41,290 nucleotides of DNA, from contig CAYQPU010000012.1 in NCBI GenBank assembly GCA_964419615.1, forward strand, positions 1-41,290, given 5' to 3'. Under the pieces are notes generated by a model that saw nothing but the letters and a program-made list of their open reading frames with translations, made no database searches and was not told where the DNA came from. Numbering within the stretch: the stretch's first letter is position 1; each line of letters begins with the position of its first letter. Shown here piece after piece: positions 37,420 through 41,290 of this stretch. This DNA is from an uncultured Methanosarcinales archaeon (GTDB lineage: Archaea > Nanobdellota > Nanobdellia > Woesearchaeales > JAGVZT01). A program made the translations under genes and the position numbers.

Positions 37420-38406
37420 TTAATTTTTAGAACTATGTTCTGACTGAGCGACATTTTGCGATTTCAAAGTTCTCTCTGAGAATTTTGCTTTGTTTGACAA
37501 AATTGTCCATAAATAGTTTTTTAGTTCTTCTGGATCTGTGAATGCTTTGTATTTTTTCTTAAATGTTTCATATTGTTCTGGCTTTAATATATCTGTTTTT
37601 GAAAGGTATACTAATGGTTTTTTGTTTTTGATGTTATCGAATAATTGCATTTGTTCTGATAAAGGATAGCTTTCAGTTAGATCAAAAACATAGACAATTT
37701 TGTTTGCCACATTGTGTATTGCAAGGTATGCTTGTTTTTCAATGTTATTCATTTTTTGGAAACGGTTAAGTGTTCCAGGTGTATCTAGAAATTGGATTTT
37801 TTTGTGGGTTTTGTTTGCATATGCTACATTGATACCTCTTGTGGTAAAAGGATATGCAGCAATTTCTGGTCTTGATGTTGTGAGTTTTGTTAATAGAGTT
37901 GTTTTTCCAACATTTGGAAAACCAAATATCCCCACTGTAAAGATGTCTGATTTTATGTCAGGATATGTTCTAAATGTTTTTCTTGCTTGATCAAGGTATT
38001 TAAGTTCAGATTTGATTTGTTTTAAGATTGAGGATATTCTTCCAATATAGGCATTGGTTAATTGAGGAGAAACAACAGATGATCTCTTGATTTTGTAGGA
38101 ATAATCTTTTGAAAATTTGATAATTTGATTGTTTGCCCAGTTTACAGCTCCAAGTGATTTTTTGAACTTAACAAAGTCAAGAGTACATTTGATTAATTCA
38201 ACGTGAAAACGATCAAGTTCAGATGTGTTGGGAAAACTCAACAAGATTCTGGTCAAGGATTTTTCTAAGTACTGCTTTTTATTTTTTATTCTTTCAAGTT
38301 CTTTTTGTTTTTGATGTTTTTGCCTTGCTGCAGCTTTTCTTCCTCTTGTTAGAGCGGTTTCTATGTAAAATTGCGGCTGCTCTACTTGAGGGATATTAAA
38401 TTGCAT
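37420..38406 (-). CDS. NOG1-family GTP-binding protein
   Basis: GFPNVGKTT, AAYPFTTRG, DTPG and SKTD, with N-terminal helical NOG1 domain. Confidence 0.92.
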   Translation of the reverse strand: MQFNIPQVEQPQFYIETALTRGRKAAARQKHQKQKELERIKNKKQYLEKSLTRILLSFPNTSELDRFHVELIKCTLDFVKFKKSLGAVNWANNQIIKFSKDYSYKIKRSSVVSPQLTNAYIGRISSILKQIKSELKYLDQARKTFRTYPDIKSDIFTVGIFGFPNVGKTTLLTKLTTSRPEIAAYPFTTRGINVAYANKTHKKIQFLDTPGTLNRFQKMNNIEKQAYLAIHNVANKIVYVFDLTESYPLSEQMQLFDNIKNKKPLVYLSKTDILKPEQYETFKKKYKAFTDPEELKNYLWTILSNKAKFSERTLKSQNVAQSEHSSKN

Positions 38407-38482
38407 AAAAGTGGGGCATGCTACAGGTTATAAATATGTTTTCAAAATGTATATATATTCTAAAAGTTTTTTAGTATAATGG

Positions 38483-39202
38483 TTGGAGGAGATGGAAATT
38501 AGAGATTTTATTGGAGTAAATAGTGAAAAAGAGTTATTTTGCTTTGTTGAGAAAAAAATACACACTTCTATGAGTGGAACACTCCTTGATGTGGGATCAG
38601 GTTATATTCCACAATTGGGTAATTTTATAACAGCAATTGACAATGGCCGTCTTGATTTTGTTTATTGTCTTGATCCTAATCCTTCTTTTTTACACATGAA
38701 AAATAAGGTACCCAGTCGTATAAAAGATAAAATTGTTTTTATTAATAAAAAAATTGAAGATGTTAATAATCTAGATTTGAGGTTTGATTGGATTTTTCTA
38801 GAGTTTGTTTTTAATCATTTTAATAAACCAGTTGAATCACTGGAAAAATTGAGACAACTATTAAGACCTGGTGGGAAAATCTATCTTAAAGAGTCTATTA
38901 TAAAAGAGAATCAAGTTAATGTACCAGAGTATGTAAACCCTGAGTTTATCACAAAGAATGTTAGGCGAATTCAAAGAGAGATCAGTGATATTAAAGAGAA
39001 GGTTGACAAACATACATACAAAAGGGTTGAATCAGATTTTGCAAAAACCTATTTACTTGAGGAGGAAACACCACACACAAAAGAGCAAATAGTAGATGTG
39101 GTTAAGAAAAGTGGTTTAGAGATTAAGTATTTATTTGAAGCAAATGTTTATGAGGATCTGCTTTTGCAGTTGATTTGTGAAAATAAGAAAAACTTAAAAT
39201 AA
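38483..39202 (+). CDS. class I SAM-dependent methyltransferase
   Basis: LLDVGSG, CLDPN, FDWIF...VFNHF and LLRPGGKIYLKE; start uncertain (38483 TTG or 38492 ATG). Confidence 0.85.
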   Translation: MEEMEIRDFIGVNSEKELFCFVEKKIHTSMSGTLLDVGSGYIPQLGNFITAIDNGRLDFVYCLDPNPSFLHMKNKVPSRIKDKIVFINKKIEDVNNLDLRFDWIFLEFVFNHFNKPVESLEKLRQLLRPGGKIYLKESIIKENQVNVPEYVNPEFITKNVRRIQREISDIKEKVDKHTYKRVESDFAKTYLLEEETPHTKEQIVDVVKKSGLEIKYLFEANVYEDLLLQLICENKKNLK

Positions 39203-39224
39203 GATATACTATTATGGATTAAAA

Positions 39225-39536
39225 ATGGAAATCACAAACAATCAGATTTATGAGAAATTAGAAAAGATCACTGCTATTTTAGAAGAGCTCAAGCAAGAAG
39301 AGGAAGAAGTTATTAGAAAAGAAGAAGAGATTGAGATGGAAGAGGAGAAATTGCTGGAATTGCTTGGAAAGAAAGTTAATAGAAAATGCCATAGTGTTTT
39401 AGAGTGGACCAAAGAGATATGGCAGTATTGTAGGTATAGAAAGCATCACACAACTGAAAAAACTCTTGATTTTAAGTGTAAAAAGACTGGGAATACTTGC
39501 AGGTTTGTGGACTGTCCTCTTAATAGATTGGATTAG
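39225..39536 (+). CDS. hypothetical coiled-coil protein with C-terminal Cys cluster
   Basis: Glu-rich N-terminal half; four Cys in the C-terminal part (YC...KC......C....CP). Confidence 0.75.
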   Translation: MEITNNQIYEKLEKITAILEELKQEEEEVIRKEEEIEMEEEKLLELLGKKVNRKCHSVLEWTKEIWQYCRYRKHHTTEKTLDFKCKKTGNTCRFVDCPLNRLD

Positions 39537-39556
39537 AATATAGATATTATTGGTAT

Positions 39557-40456
39557 TTATTGTGCAAGCACTCTTTTCAGAGCTGGTTGGTACTTTCTAA
39601 CTTCTAGAGCTGGTAGAACTTGAGATAAGCTTACCATATAGTTATGAGCAAATGCCTTATATAATATCATACGTTCTTCATCTGTTGCTGTAATTGATCC
39701 CATTGGATACAGTGTTTGAAACATTGCAAAATCGATTTCTCTGTTGAATGCATCAATACTGTCACCTCTTTCTTGTAAAATTCGGCTAAACTTATCAACT
39801 TTTTTTTTCTGTTTAAGAATATACCAGAATGCCTTGTCATATTTTTTAAGATTTGGTCTAAGTTTAGCTTGGGCCATGATCCTTTCAAAATTAATATCAG
39901 TAGCAATCTTATGAAATTCATGTATCAAAGGAAGGTGGTCTTTTACAAATTCATCAATGTCTGCCTGAGAATACCTTAAACCCATTGGATTACTCTCTGA
40001 CACAGCTGCTATTTTTTGTGCAACATAAACTGCAGCCTGGTCAATTGCTGCTTGTGCTTCAGTAGGCTCCCCATCAATTGAAATCAGATCCACTATTTCA
40101 TCTAATAGTTTACTATGAGCAAGTTGATTCACACTGTTTTCTTTTGTGATCTCTCCTAAAAATGAAAAACCCCTATCAAGATAATACTTTGAGATATGAT
40201 GACTCCTAATGTCCTCAATTGGTCCCTTTCTTCCAAAAGAACTTGCTGCTGTTGCAAGGTTTTGGATATATTCACTGACTAATCTATATGGAAAGTTCAT
40301 TTTACAATGCACTAATCCATGCTGATCACTTCTCCAACCTCCATGTTGAGCAAAGAAAGCACTTACCACAGCTTGATCCAAGTGCCAGGTTCCATCATCA
40401 CCAACTGGTGCTGTTAACTCAAATATATCAGCATTTCTCTGAGATTCTTTAACCAT
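39557..40456 (-). CDS. hypothetical protein
   Basis: 299-aa ORF; no family recognised; no visible promoter space upstream. Confidence 0.75.
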   Translation of the reverse strand: MVKESQRNADIFELTAPVGDDGTWHLDQAVVSAFFAQHGGWRSDQHGLVHCKMNFPYRLVSEYIQNLATAASSFGRKGPIEDIRSHHISKYYLDRGFSFLGEITKENSVNQLAHSKLLDEIVDLISIDGEPTEAQAAIDQAAVYVAQKIAAVSESNPMGLRYSQADIDEFVKDHLPLIHEFHKIATDINFERIMAQAKLRPNLKKYDKAFWYILKQKKKVDKFSRILQERGDSIDAFNREIDFAMFQTLYPMGSITATDEERMILYKAFAHNYMVSLSQVLPALEVRKYQPALKRVLAQ

Positions 40457-40458
40457 GT

Positions 40459-40941
40459 TTGGATCAATCTTTCTTTCCTAAATTTGATGATAAAATCATT
40501 AAACAAGCAAATATGTTCCATAAGTACGGAGTCAATATTAGGTATGACTTTATTCTTGATAATCCTTTTGAAACATTCGAAGAGTCACTTGAGAGCATTT
40601 ATTTGATGCTAGAACTGCCACAACCATTTTCATTGAATTTATTCTCGTTAAAGTATTTTCCAAATACCGAAATAACAAAAATGGCCAAAGACGCCGGATT
40701 TATAACTGAACGTGAAACGGATGATAATCAAGAAAGAGACCGCGATACATATACAATTCATCGAGAAAGGGGATCTTTGGGTAACAGATTTATTAATCAT
40801 CTAGCTTTTTACATTTCTTGCATATCAAGCACTGCGATATCAAAAGTCAAAAAAAATGAAATATATAATTCAATTGACAATTATAGGAAGTATAAAGATA
40901 TTTCTCCCATAGAAAAGATGGTCAAGCCATTTCTTAGTTAG
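40459..40941 (+). pseudogene. C-terminal fragment of a (probably B12-binding) radical SAM protein
   Basis: DDKIIKQANMFHKYG...YDFILDNPFET.E...E......LP.PF.LN.FSL..FP.TEI resembles the last strands of the radical SAM barrel. No CxxxCxxC; in-frame TAA at 40450-40452 leaves no room for the N-terminus. Confidence 0.65.
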
Positions 40942-40953
40942 CTCAGAATTCCA

Positions 40954-41078
40954 TGCTAACGTCGTTCAGGCGGACGGGCTACTGCAATGCTTTTTACAGC
41001 TTCAGAGGTCAGCGGTGTTAAACGCCTTTGACAGCTTTCAGGCAGTGAACTGTCCACCGCTTAACTCAGCCGTTATTC
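40954..41078 (+). mobile_element. integron attC-like recombination site
   Basis: TGCTAAC (40954-40960), GTTCAGGC (40964-40971), internal imperfect stem, GCTTAAC (41059-41065) and GTTATTC (41072-41078); 125 bp, starting 12 nt after a stop codon. The cores deviate from the RYYYAAC/GTTRRRY consensus. Confidence 0.6.
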
Positions 41079-41290
41079 AAATCAATATCAACAACATATC
41101 TCAAACAACTACCGGGTTGTGATATGAGCTCTTATATCACAACTGAGCAAAATTGAATTTGCCGTTTTGCTCATTCCCCATACCACTACATCTGGTGGTC
41201 GATACCCTTTCAGATTGTCAATCGAAAAGTCATGTTTACCTATATTATTGGCAACTTTTGACCCACCCTAAAACCGGTCAAGATTACATC

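Noticed and set aside
715-39921. Short overlapping ORFs in the track (e.g. 715..924, 4612..4863, 9639..9977, 20591..20908, 22047..22355, 31623..32018, 37700..37990)
   Set aside because: Antisense or alternate-frame shadows of better-supported genes, with no recognisable motifs.
1-41290. Genome-wide stop-codon reassignment
   Set aside because: The two internal stops differ (TAG and TAA), and both codons end conserved genes at expected positions (aspS TAG; rpl10e and fttA TAA).
41064-41290. Minus-strand frame reading GGSKVANNIGKHDFSIDNLKGYRPPDVVVWG as a TAG-recoded gene
   Set aside because: Short, truncated by the window edge and with no recognisable family; cannot be supported.

Overview
AT-rich archaeal chromosomal segment, inferred to be DPANN and probably Woesearchaeota-like. 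Archaeal markers are psmB-fttA(aCPSF1), tfs, rpl10e, a NOG1 GTPase and archaeal ppcA, alongside a bacterial-type AspRS and many orphans. Other genes include argG-argH-argF, ppcA-aminotransferase-aspS, an ABC exporter/COG1361 operon, two toxin-antitoxin pairs, ParA, a HemN-like radical SAM enzyme and a TylF methyltransferase. Signals not shown by the ORF track: (1) a tRNA-Ser(CGA) split by three introns at 41-301 and a tRNA-Met(CAT) with two introns at 16611-16748; (2) two diverged copies of an unexplained structured element, each exactly 151 nt (21024-21174 and 36671-36821), with conserved stems and variable loops, each just upstream of a housekeeping-gene promoter. This is the best candidate for an undescribed system; (3) single in-frame stops in argG and a PRTase-like gene; (4) an OTC with a non-standard ornithine-site motif; (5) an integron attC-like site after a truncated radical SAM gene at the right end, which may be foreign or a chimeric join. 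All calls come from reading motifs by eye; no database search was run.
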